Below, piece after piece: positions 30,514-38,964 of a DNA stretch of 64,000 nucleotides. The stretch comes from Mycobacterium phage prophiT36-1. The notes beneath the pieces were generated by a model, which was not told the DNA's origin, searched no databases, and saw only the letters and a program-made list of their open reading frames with translations. The position numbers were made by a program, and so were the translations under genes. The stretch lies in the sequence record OQ417966.1; one strand, written 5' to 3'. How positions within the stretch are numbered: the stretch's first letter is position 1; each line of letters opens with the position of its first letter.

Positions 30514-30913
30514 GCTCGATCCTTCCAGTATTCCCGTTATCAGAACGCTGCTGAACATTACGGGCTTGTTTGACCCCGACACATTTACAGCTGCAGTTTT
30601 ACTGACGCCAACACGGACTGTGCGTGCAGGAGAAGCGCGCTCTCCACAACTCGCCTTCACTGAAGACGCCTGGAAAATTGACCTCGGCAAGCACGAGGCC
30701 GTCCACTTAGAGAGCGAAATGGATCGGCTACTCGCCCTGCTTTTACCAGTGGGTGAGAGATTCCGCGAAACTGTGGCAGCGATGGGCCTCAGCGCCGAAG
30801 TAGCATTTCAGTGCAGTGCGGACGCGGGATACTATCCTTCAATATCTTTGCGCCATGACCAGATAAAGCAGCTAGCTGCCCTTGGGCTTTCGCTCGATAT
30901 TGACATTATCTAG
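30503..30913 (+). CDS. small protein translationally coupled to the secreted protein (putative immunity/partner)
   Basis: ATG at 30503 overlaps the upstream stop by 11 nt. 136 aa, acidic, no signal peptide. Confidence 0.45.
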   Translation: MTSELDPSSIPVIRTLLNITGLFDPDTFTAAVLLTPTRTVRAGEARSPQLAFTEDAWKIDLGKHEAVHLESEMDRLLALLLPVGERFRETVAAMGLSAEVAFQCSADAGYYPSISLRHDQIKQLAALGLSLDIDII

Positions 30914-30963
30914 ATAGCAGACCGGAATTACGGCTGCTACCGATTATATTCATTCGAGGGGAT

Positions 30964-31530
30964 ATGAAGATTCGAATTCTCGTAATTGCGGCGTGTGCCG
31001 TAGCCTTAACGGCGTGTGGGCAATTAGAAAAACCAACACCTGCCGATCCTGCATCGCCGTCAACTCGTGAGTCGACGGACTTCAATAACATCCCCGGACA
31101 GTTCCCTTCGCCGGCGACACTGACCACGAACGGGCAGGCTGAAGCGCCAGTCGGAGGCTGCGTGAATCTGAGCGGACCCGCAGTCAACGCCTTACTCACA
31201 CTCGTTGATTGTGGCTCGCCACAACATACGTACCGGATCGTGCAGCGCGTCAACGTTCCCCAGGAATGCGGTGATATTGACCGTTCGTACTACCACAATT
31301 CCCAGGCCACTGGCCAGTACACCGCGTGCCTCGACTTAGCCTGGGATGCCAGCGCCTGCATCAGCCTGGCCCAGCCTGTAGCGAAAGTCTCCTGCACCGA
31401 TCCGAACGCGCCCCGCAAGATCAAACCAACAAAGATTGTCCTCGATTCAACGACCCTCGATAGCTGCCCTGACGGAGGATATCCGCACCCGGTACGCAAA
31501 TTCACCGTCTGTACCGAAACCCAGGACTAA
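30964..31530 (+). CDS. lipoprotein (Cys-rich C-terminus)
   Basis: GAGGGG RBS. Signal peptide with lipobox LTAC|G. Six further Cys. A diverged copy of its C-terminus lies at 32385-32492. Confidence 0.6.
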   Translation: MKIRILVIAACAVALTACGQLEKPTPADPASPSTRESTDFNNIPGQFPSPATLTTNGQAEAPVGGCVNLSGPAVNALLTLVDCGSPQHTYRIVQRVNVPQECGDIDRSYYHNSQATGQYTACLDLAWDASACISLAQPVAKVSCTDPNAPRKIKPTKIVLDSTTLDSCPDGGYPHPVRKFTVCTETQD

Positions 31531-31746
31531 GCGGTGGTGTCCTGGGGCGTCCAGGCGCAGGTGGATGCGGTAGTTCGCTTTCGTTGAGGCGCTGTGCGCC
31601 TGGTTGTCGTAGAGGTTGTGGCCGATGCTGCGGACGGCGTGTGTTCTGGTGATCAAGCCCAGAGCACGTAGTAACCGGAGGTAGTGCGGCGCCGATGATT
31701 GCTCCGTGCCTACAGCTTCTGCGAGGTCACTGACCGGGTGCGGCAA
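31447..31746 (-). CDS. possible winged-helix regulator (uncertain)
   Basis: 99-aa minus-strand ORF with a helix-turn-helix-like segment (HYLRLLRALGLITRTHAVRS). Overlaps the lipoprotein gene's 3' end by 84 nt, so it may be spurious. Confidence 0.25.
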   Translation of the reverse strand: MPHPVSDLAEAVGTEQSSAPHYLRLLRALGLITRTHAVRSIGHNLYDNQAHSASTKANYRIHLRLDAPGHHRLVLGFGTDGEFAYRVRISSVRAAIEGR

Positions 31747-31863
31747 GCCGTATGGGGCGAGTCGGGGAGCGGCACATTCAGCGGTACGGACAAATCTCTC
31801 GGCGGCGTGATCGGCATATTCGAGTGGTAACTCCGGTGACGGCTGGTTGCTGCGATTGGCTTG

Positions 31864-32385
31864 ATGGGTTTGCCCTGGGCGGCTAGTTTGTTGGGAATGT
31901 CAGGTTGGTGGGGCCGGTGGAGGTCCGCAGGTCGGGCCTCGGTAAGTAGTCAGCACACGGTGGTTGTTGATGCGGTCGAACACGTATTGGCTGGAGTTTC
32001 CGTATCAGATTGCTCGGTACCTGCGTTGGCGCAGCAGTGGGTGCAGGGCGAGGGGCGGGAGTTGGTGATCGAGGATGTGGTGTTGCCTGCGGGGGTGTTC
32101 GGACGTTGGCTCTCGGTGCCGGGGCAAGACATTGTCCAGGTGGGTGCCGGCGTTGTCGGCCGTGACCGCACGATCGCTCATGAGTTGGGGCACATGGTGT
32201 TGGGGCATCGGGGCCGCCCAGTTACTGAGTATGTCGAGGGATTGGTGCAGGCCGCTTCTGCGGATCTGATTACGCACATGTTGCAGCGGGCGTGCACAGA
32301 GGAGCCGGGGCAGCAAGAGGCGGCCGGATGGCGGCAGGACGAGTTGGCGGAGCATGCGACGACGCTAGCGCGCCTAATCGATTGA
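31864..32385 (+). CDS. ImmA/IrrE-family HExxH zinc metallopeptidase-like protein
   Basis: TIAHELGHMVLGH (HExxH) preceded by a Gly/Val-rich segment, as in ImmA/IrrE anti-repressor proteases. ATG at 31864. The track ORF begins with TTG at 31861. Confidence 0.55.
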   Translation: MGLPWAASLLGMSGWWGRWRSAGRASVSSQHTVVVDAVEHVLAGVSVSDCSVPALAQQWVQGEGRELVIEDVVLPAGVFGRWLSVPGQDIVQVGAGVVGRDRTIAHELGHMVLGHRGRPVTEYVEGLVQAASADLITHMLQRACTEEPGQQEAAGWRQDELAEHATTLARLID

Positions 32386-32492
32386 AACCGACGAAGGTCA
32401 TCCTGAACTCCGTTAGCGTCGAAGGTTGTCCGACAGGTGGTTTCGCGCATCCGCTACGCCGGTTCACCATTTGTACGGAGATGCAGAAGTAG
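32385..32492 (+). pseudogene. remnant of a paralogous lipoprotein gene (C-terminal 35 codons only)
   Basis: KPTKVILNSVSVEGCPTGGFAHPLRRFTICTEMQK* aligns with the C-terminus of the 30964-31530 lipoprotein (KPTKIVLDSTTLDSCPDGGYPHPVRKFTVCTETQD*). No upstream coding partner. Confidence 0.5.
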
Positions 32493-32668
32493 ACGCATGC
32501 GGCCGACAGCCGGGAGGTTTGGCCGGGATCGAGTACCGCACCTCGAGTGCATGTCTGACGGACGTGGGATCCAGGTGACAATGGCATTCGAGGCCACAGT
32601 GGAGCGGTAGACGGTCACGAGCTTTTTCGGGGTTGGCCGAGGGGGCTCCATGATCGCTGCACGGATTC

Positions 32669-32716
32669 CGTCTCAACATGTCTGTAGAGACAGCTTGACG
32701 TCCGTACATAACGCGG
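32669..32716. repeat. right-end motif of the element: CGTCTCAACA...TGTCTGTAGAGACA...CATAACGCGGGG
   Basis: Inverted match to the left-end motifs. Also carries an internal palindrome TGTCT-gtag-AGACA. Confidence 0.5.
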
Positions 32717-32752
32717 GGGGTTATGTTCTGTTGAGACGTTTGTCTTGGAGGT

Positions 32753-34147
32753 ATGTCGATGAGCGATCGAGCGTATCGGGTTGTTTACGGAGCTTACGCT
32801 GGGCTTGACGCAGCCGAGGTGCAGTTTCCCGGTGTGACCCGATGCCTTCCATCTGTGGAGCAGCAGTTCGGGGATGGGTTTCCTGTGCTTGTTGATGCCG
32901 ATGGTTTGCCGGTGGAGGAATCGTTGGCGTTTCTAGTATCGCGGGTAGGGGCATCGACCTCAACATTGGCGCAGTACGCACGCGCTTTGATGGGGTTTGT
33001 CGAATTCCTGGGCTACCGGGGGGACGCCCGGCTTTTAGATGCGGCGCCCCGTGACTTGACGGCGTACCGGTTGTACCGAACGAGGACGGGGGAATCTCCT
33101 GTCTCGGAATACTCGTTCCGGGTGGAAGCCTCGGCACTGCGACAGTTCTATGCGTGGGCAGTTGAGACTGGCCTCCTGGAGCGCTCTCCTGTCAAGCAGT
33201 TGTCACGCAATGGCTGGGACAACCTTTCTACCAACAGAATGCGTCATTCTAAGATTCGTCATGTAGATAAGTTTCTGTACGAAGCACTGCTGCGAGCGGC
33301 TGCTCAGGGCAGCGTGGATGCGGGCGTTCGGAGTGCTTCGCTACGGAATGTGGCTGCAATCAAGACATTTGCAACGACTGGGCTTCGCCTTGGTGAGCTT
33401 GCGAGCCTTCTGACCTTCGATATTGATCATGCTGTCAGATTGCGCCGGGCGCTATCTGTGGAGATGGAGTCGATCACAAAGTACCGAGTCAACCGCAATG
33501 CGTTGATTCCGTTCTATGCCACAGACGCGATCCGGCGGTATCGAAAACTTGAGCGCCCTAACGTGGTGGTTCGGCATCAGCGCGCGTTGGGCAAACGTCT
33601 GGACAGTCTTTTTGTGATCAGCGATTTCAATGAATCCACTCGCCGTGTCTCCGGCCGGTGGCGAGGTCGACGGCACCAGTATCTGCTGCATTTGGTGCCT
33701 GTTGAGCTGCGGTTGAAGGCTGTTTCAGTTAATTCAAATGGCAGCGTGGAGCCGCTGTGTTTGTTCTTGAGCGATAGCCGAGGGCAAGGGATGACGAGGT
33801 CTGGGTGGGAAGGAGTGTTCTCCGAGGTCAGTGATCAGATGATGCGCCAGGATCCGACGGATGGGCGGATCCGGAAGGTCACCCCGCATGATCTGCGGCA
33901 TACGTTCGCTATCAATTATTTGAGGGCGGCCCATGGGGAACGGGCCAAAGTGCTCCAGGAGACACCGTTCAAGGATGGGCCGCCGCTGCGTGATCCGTTG
34001 ATCGATCTTCAAGAGCTGTTGGGACATGCGACCGCAGCACAAACGATGCGTTACTTGAGGTATGTCGAGGACATCGACCGACTCATTGCGTCGGCTGTTC
34101 CCGGCCAGGGTGATGCGGGAGGGGGCGAGCATGCCCCGCAGAAATGA
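32753..34147 (+). CDS. tyrosine recombinase, first of trio (copy 2)
   Basis: Identical 464-aa translation to 9985-11379. Confidence 0.85.
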   Translation: MSMSDRAYRVVYGAYAGLDAAEVQFPGVTRCLPSVEQQFGDGFPVLVDADGLPVEESLAFLVSRVGASTSTLAQYARALMGFVEFLGYRGDARLLDAAPRDLTAYRLYRTRTGESPVSEYSFRVEASALRQFYAWAVETGLLERSPVKQLSRNGWDNLSTNRMRHSKIRHVDKFLYEALLRAAAQGSVDAGVRSASLRNVAAIKTFATTGLRLGELASLLTFDIDHAVRLRRALSVEMESITKYRVNRNALIPFYATDAIRRYRKLERPNVVVRHQRALGKRLDSLFVISDFNESTRRVSGRWRGRRHQYLLHLVPVELRLKAVSVNSNGSVEPLCLFLSDSRGQGMTRSGWEGVFSEVSDQMMRQDPTDGRIRKVTPHDLRHTFAINYLRAAHGERAKVLQETPFKDGPPLRDPLIDLQELLGHATAAQTMRYLRYVEDIDRLIASAVPGQGDAGGGEHAPQK

Positions 34148-36035
34148 ACGCAAGGACCTCGACCGTGAGGGTGTTGACGTTGCGCGAGGCGCCGCCGAAT
34201 CTCGGCCAGCTGCGGTGGGAGTTCGCAGGCTCGCTCAACCGGGCAGGCCCGGCATGCAGGGGACCGCACAGATAGATCCCAGCTCATACCAATGCCGCCG
34301 TCTGGCGGCCCAGCTGGCCGACCAGTGGGTTGAGATGGCGGCTGGGCGTTCGCGCTCGGTGATCGCCGTTCACCGTCAGGCGCTTGATAATTTCCTGAAA
34401 TATGTTGATAAGTTGCATGATTCAGATGTGAGCCTGGATCATGATCCCGCGGTAGTAATGGCGGTGTTTGATGCATGGGCCAAGGATCTGATTGCACTGT
34501 ATGACGAAAATTCGATCATGCCGTACCGGATGTCGAACATCGTCCAGACACAGATGGCTGGTGCTGTTGTCGATGGGGTGATCACCGACGAGGTGTTGGC
34601 AGCATATGCGCGTGGGCCCGCGGTAGTCCCGAAACCGCGAGCACAACCGCTCGACGAGTTCAGTAAAGACGAACTCAAGCGCATGGTGCTGGCTGCGCGC
34701 GCACATATACGAGCAGCTCGAAAGATCAGGGAATGGGCCACGAAAACTATCCGTGCGTACGAATCTGGGAAATTGACCCACGCGGATCAACGCTGTCTGG
34801 GCCACATGCTGCAGATGGCTACCCGAGGCGAGCGCATCGCCATACAACAGCCGTGGGATGCACATCCGGAGTCGCTGCGCGATCTCTTCCCCGACGAGGC
34901 CTGGTCGCTTTATCAGGCAACAGGCCTGAACGAGACGAAGAATTCAGTTGCCTTGTCCTGCTACCGCGCGACCCTCGCCCGGCCAATCGACCTGGTTCCT
35001 TATCGGGTATTGCTTATGGCAGGCACAGGCGTTGCAGTGGAAGAGATCTCGGCATTGACTGTGTCAGATATCGAATGGCTCGAAGATGGCGTCAGAGTGC
35101 AGATGACCAAATCGCGAGCCCGGCGGTCAAAAGGACGGTACTTCCCAGGATCCGCTGAGCGCGGTGGCTGGGATGTTCCCGCGCTTTTGCAGTCGCTGCT
35201 GGATTTCACTGAACCGGTCCGCGCGATCGCAGGTGCACAGTTCCAGGACTGCCTGTGGCTATCGTTCAAGACAAAAAGACAGTCCCACAGTGAATCTGGT
35301 TGCGCCCCGGCTCCCGCAGACTTCGGAACCGCCAACTTGGCATCCTGGATCGATTCGGTCAAGACAGTCCACGACATGGGCGATATTTCCACCCCACATG
35401 ACATGCGGCGGATACGTAAGACAAAGGTCGCCCAGCGTGCAATTGATCTGCGTGGCGCAATGGCCGACATCGCTGGCGATGACCACACCAGCAGAGTCTT
35501 CTTCCAGCATTACGGACAGACAACATCGCTGAAAGTGTATTCAGGATCGGTAATTTCGGGCTTCCAAACCTCACTCGCTGAGGCAGTAAAGACAGGCTTC
35601 ACTGCCTTCCTGGACAGACGTGCTGCGGTACCGGCGTCGATCTTGACCGAGGCGCTGCCCATCGAGCCCGCTCAGGCACACAGTCTGCGCTCCGGTGCTC
35701 ACGACATGGGAGTTGTCGACTGCCAGAACCCGTTTAACTCGCCCTTTACCAAACAAGGCAAGTTATGTGGGTCCGCGCCCTTATCATGTCTGATGTGCGA
35801 GAACGCGGTTGTCTTCACCGACCATCTCCCCAACATCGTGGCGCTTATACAAGCAATGGACAACGCGAAGCGGTCACTGGCACCCGATGACTGGATTGCC
35901 ACCTGGGGGCGGCAATACGCTGCGGCGCAGGCATTGATGTCATCGGTGCCCGAACGAGCTCGCGCCGCCGCGGCGCGCAAGGCCGCTGCCGCGGTAACAG
36001 ATCTGCCGGCCTGGTTGGGGCCGGGTAACCAGTGA
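34131..36035 (+). CDS. tyrosine recombinase-like, second of trio (copy 2)
   Basis: Identical to 11363-13267. Confidence 0.65.
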   Translation: MPRRNERKDLDREGVDVARGAAESRPAAVGVRRLAQPGRPGMQGTAQIDPSSYQCRRLAAQLADQWVEMAAGRSRSVIAVHRQALDNFLKYVDKLHDSDVSLDHDPAVVMAVFDAWAKDLIALYDENSIMPYRMSNIVQTQMAGAVVDGVITDEVLAAYARGPAVVPKPRAQPLDEFSKDELKRMVLAARAHIRAARKIREWATKTIRAYESGKLTHADQRCLGHMLQMATRGERIAIQQPWDAHPESLRDLFPDEAWSLYQATGLNETKNSVALSCYRATLARPIDLVPYRVLLMAGTGVAVEEISALTVSDIEWLEDGVRVQMTKSRARRSKGRYFPGSAERGGWDVPALLQSLLDFTEPVRAIAGAQFQDCLWLSFKTKRQSHSESGCAPAPADFGTANLASWIDSVKTVHDMGDISTPHDMRRIRKTKVAQRAIDLRGAMADIAGDDHTSRVFFQHYGQTTSLKVYSGSVISGFQTSLAEAVKTGFTAFLDRRAAVPASILTEALPIEPAQAHSLRSGAHDMGVVDCQNPFNSPFTKQGKLCGSAPLSCLMCENAVVFTDHLPNIVALIQAMDNAKRSLAPDDWIATWGRQYAAAQALMSSVPERARAAAARKAAAAVTDLPAWLGPGNQ

Positions 36036-38518
36036 AGACAGCACAGCTCGGTTCCCCAGGGCCAGTCGCGGCACCGGTTTCGTCCGACATCTTCGCCGAC
36101 ACCGAAGATGTATTCCTGTCCCGCCCGGACAGGATCGCTGGCGCCCCCGCATGCCTGTTTAGCGAGCAGGTATGGGATGCGACGGGTGTGCTGCCTCGGC
36201 GCGCTAACATCGGCCGCCATCAATTGCGCATAATCTTTCCGCAGCATCCGGCGTGGTCGCTGCGGTCTCGTGAGATTGCGATGACCTTGCTTAACAGCAC
36301 CGACCCACGGTTGCTCGCACGATCGGTCTCCTTCGGCAGCCGTACGTTCTCCCTGGCGCATGTGCGATCGCGCTGCGAGACATACAAAACCGTGGCGGCG
36401 TGGCAGACAGCTCAAGGCTTACCTGACGACATTTCGGCCTGGGGCGCCCGCGACTGGGTAGCGATGGTCGAAGCCGAAATCGCCAGGGGCGTCAAAAACG
36501 GGACCGTGCGCAATCTCATCTGCGCTATCCGCGACCTTGTCTTCCTTGGGCCCATCTTGACTGGCGGCGGCATCGCATCAGACCCATGGAACGGCAAGGC
36601 AACGAAACTCATCGCCAAAGGCGCCGTGGCAGGACGAACTGAAGTAATCGCCCCGGCACGTTGGATACCGCTGATAGGTGCGTGCTGGACATACATCGAC
36701 ACCTTCGCCGAAGACATCCTGAGTCTGCGTGTGAGCCATCAGTGTGACCTGCGCCCCGGCATGCCGGAATGGAGGCGCCGCTCGGAAGTAAGCGATGACG
36801 AGCTGCTCACCGCATACCTGGAGTCCTCCGGTGCCGTTATTCCCGCTAAGACTCGTGACGGTGGCCCGGACCCGAGCTGGTGGCGCCTATCCAAATTGGT
36901 AACCGCCGACCGGTCTTCGGCAATCTTCAAAGAAGACAGGGCAGCGGGGCGCCGCCGCAGAGAGATGGTGTATCAGGCGCTCGCCAACAACGTGGCCCGT
37001 TATGTAGCCCTCACTGCCAGTGAATTCGAAAATCTTTTGGCACAAGGGATTTCCAAGAAACTCGCGGGCAGCGATGCCGAGACCATAGTACGGATCCAGG
37101 GCGCCGACGAGATGCTCGATGCGTGGATTGACGCTGCCAGCAACCGAGTCGCAGTCACGTCCACAGAACTATGCAGCTCGCCGGGAAAGATCGCTGAAGA
37201 CGACATCAATTGGGCATTGATGGAACGGATCGTGTTCCGTTCAGAAGGCGTGACTGGCCTGCTCGGGAAGGGCTGGGCAACCTCTGTCCGCCGCAGGCGC
37301 AAACTACTTAAACTCGCCCGCTCAGGCCGAGTTTTCGCATCCGCCAGTGGTGTCGGTGTGATGGGCGTACCGCGCGACTGCACTGGCTTCACCCTAGTCG
37401 GCGCACCAGGCAGGCAGATCCCTTGGCGGGAATCAATGTCGGACTATGAGGCGCGGTGCGAACTGCGCGCCTTGCGGGCATCCTGCTATGTCTTCATCGC
37501 CGCGATAACAATGATGCGCGACAGTGAGATTCAAGATATGAAGCGAGGCTGTATACGTACCGATTACGGCGTCGCTTCTGTGAAATCACACCTTTACAAG
37601 GGGCGTTCGGGCAAGACGGTCGCACACTGGTGGATCATCGATGAAGTAGCCACAGCAATCAGAGTGCTGGAACGACTCAGCTGTCATCCAGAGTATCTGT
37701 TCGCACGATTCGTCGACGGAGAACTCGAGAATCCTGAACCCGGTATCAGGTCAGGACTCGAGATTGCGTTTCTGCTCGATCATTTGGCGGCCACCGGCGC
37801 CCGAAGCGGGATCGCACCGGTGCCCGAGGGGCCCGTGATTTCCGCGCGAGCTCTGCGCCGTACCACTGCATCCATCAGCCGCGAACTGGGAGGCAACGAG
37901 CTTGCGGTAAGTCATCAACTCAAACACGCCATCAACTACGGCTACTCGAACGTTACCAGCGCCTATATGGCACCAGACCCGGCATGGGCAGACCTGCTCA
38001 ACACCAACAGGTCCGAGGACAACCTTGAGCACATGGTGACCGTCGTGCAGCAGTCCGCGCGCACCAGCGCCTCCTTGGCCGGTCGCGGCGGTGAGCGGCT
38101 GACCCAACAGATTGCCCAAGCGGTCGAACAGAGCGCAGGCCCTGGATACCCCGGTTCGGTGCTCTCCGATGAGGAGCTAGCCATCCTGCTGAGAAAAATC
38201 GCGCCGCAGATCCGTTTCGGACCTGCCAACGCGTGTCTGTACGACGAAGAGAACGCGCTATGTCGGCGCGATGCCACCACCGAAATCCAGGGGCCGCTTC
38301 TGGGACTGTGTCAACCGTCGCGCTGCGCAAACTCGGTGATCGGTACCGAACACATGCCTGTGTGGGTCACCGAGTTGCAGACATTGCAGAAGACCATCGC
38401 CAGCCCCCGCGTGAGTCCGCCTCGACGACAGGCACTTTCAGAACGAATCACCGACGTACAGCACGTACTGAGCCAGCTCCAAACACGACCGCAAGCGGGC
38501 GACCATGGGCAGCCGTGA
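36032..38518 (+). CDS. large tyrosine recombinase-like, third of trio (copy 2)
   Basis: Identical to 13264-15750. Confidence 0.6.
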   Translation: MKTAQLGSPGPVAAPVSSDIFADTEDVFLSRPDRIAGAPACLFSEQVWDATGVLPRRANIGRHQLRIIFPQHPAWSLRSREIAMTLLNSTDPRLLARSVSFGSRTFSLAHVRSRCETYKTVAAWQTAQGLPDDISAWGARDWVAMVEAEIARGVKNGTVRNLICAIRDLVFLGPILTGGGIASDPWNGKATKLIAKGAVAGRTEVIAPARWIPLIGACWTYIDTFAEDILSLRVSHQCDLRPGMPEWRRRSEVSDDELLTAYLESSGAVIPAKTRDGGPDPSWWRLSKLVTADRSSAIFKEDRAAGRRRREMVYQALANNVARYVALTASEFENLLAQGISKKLAGSDAETIVRIQGADEMLDAWIDAASNRVAVTSTELCSSPGKIAEDDINWALMERIVFRSEGVTGLLGKGWATSVRRRRKLLKLARSGRVFASASGVGVMGVPRDCTGFTLVGAPGRQIPWRESMSDYEARCELRALRASCYVFIAAITMMRDSEIQDMKRGCIRTDYGVASVKSHLYKGRSGKTVAHWWIIDEVATAIRVLERLSCHPEYLFARFVDGELENPEPGIRSGLEIAFLLDHLAATGARSGIAPVPEGPVISARALRRTTASISRELGGNELAVSHQLKHAINYGYSNVTSAYMAPDPAWADLLNTNRSEDNLEHMVTVVQQSARTSASLAGRGGERLTQQIAQAVEQSAGPGYPGSVLSDEELAILLRKIAPQIRFGPANACLYDEENALCRRDATTEIQGPLLGLCQPSRCANSVIGTEHMPVWVTELQTLQKTIASPRVSPPRRQALSERITDVQHVLSQLQTRPQAGDHGQP

Positions 38519-38903
38519 GGAAATCCGTGCCGCGATGGAACGCCTCCTAAACGGCGACGCCCAGCACACCGACGGACGCCTAACCAAAACCAACCTTGCG
38601 GTAGAAGCCGGCGTGGGTCGGGCGACCCTCTACCGCCAGCACGACCTGATGGCCGAATGGGCGCGCCGCGTCACCGAATCAGACATCGCCCCACCCGCCG
38701 CGTCTGCCGCGGCCACGATCGCACACCTGACCCGACAGCTGGCCGACGAACGCTCCCGCCGCCGCGAATCCGACCGCATCGCCAACGGCCTGGCCTTCGT
38801 GGTAGCCGAGCTCTACCGCGCGCTAGAGGCTCGGACTCCCCCAAATTCTTCACGCGGCACGATCATCCCGATAAACGCCAAAACGCGAAGGCGCGCAGAC
38901 TAG
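38505..38903 (+). CDS. small HTH protein (copy 2)
   Basis: Identical to 15737-16135. Confidence 0.5.
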   Translation: MGSREEIRAAMERLLNGDAQHTDGRLTKTNLAVEAGVGRATLYRQHDLMAEWARRVTESDIAPPAASAAATIAHLTRQLADERSRRRESDRIANGLAFVVAELYRALEARTPPNSSRGTIIPINAKTRRRAD

Positions 38904-38964
38904 CCTGAGCCCATTTCACATACGAGCGAATGAGTTCATTGCTGATCGAAGCAGTACGGGATTC

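Larger units (their letters stand above)
9949..32716 (+). mobile_element. 22,768-bp element, copy 1: a RIT/Tn554-like tyrosine-recombinase trio followed by about 17 kb of cargo
   Basis: Boundaries are set where the left flank (..atcggta|gggg) and right flank (gggg|aagtacgg..) diverge from the repeated unit. Every track ORF inside is reproduced with identical length and sequence at +22,768. Short inverted motifs sit at both ends (TTATG/CATAA and TGTTGAGACG/CGTCTCAACA). Confidence 0.75.
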
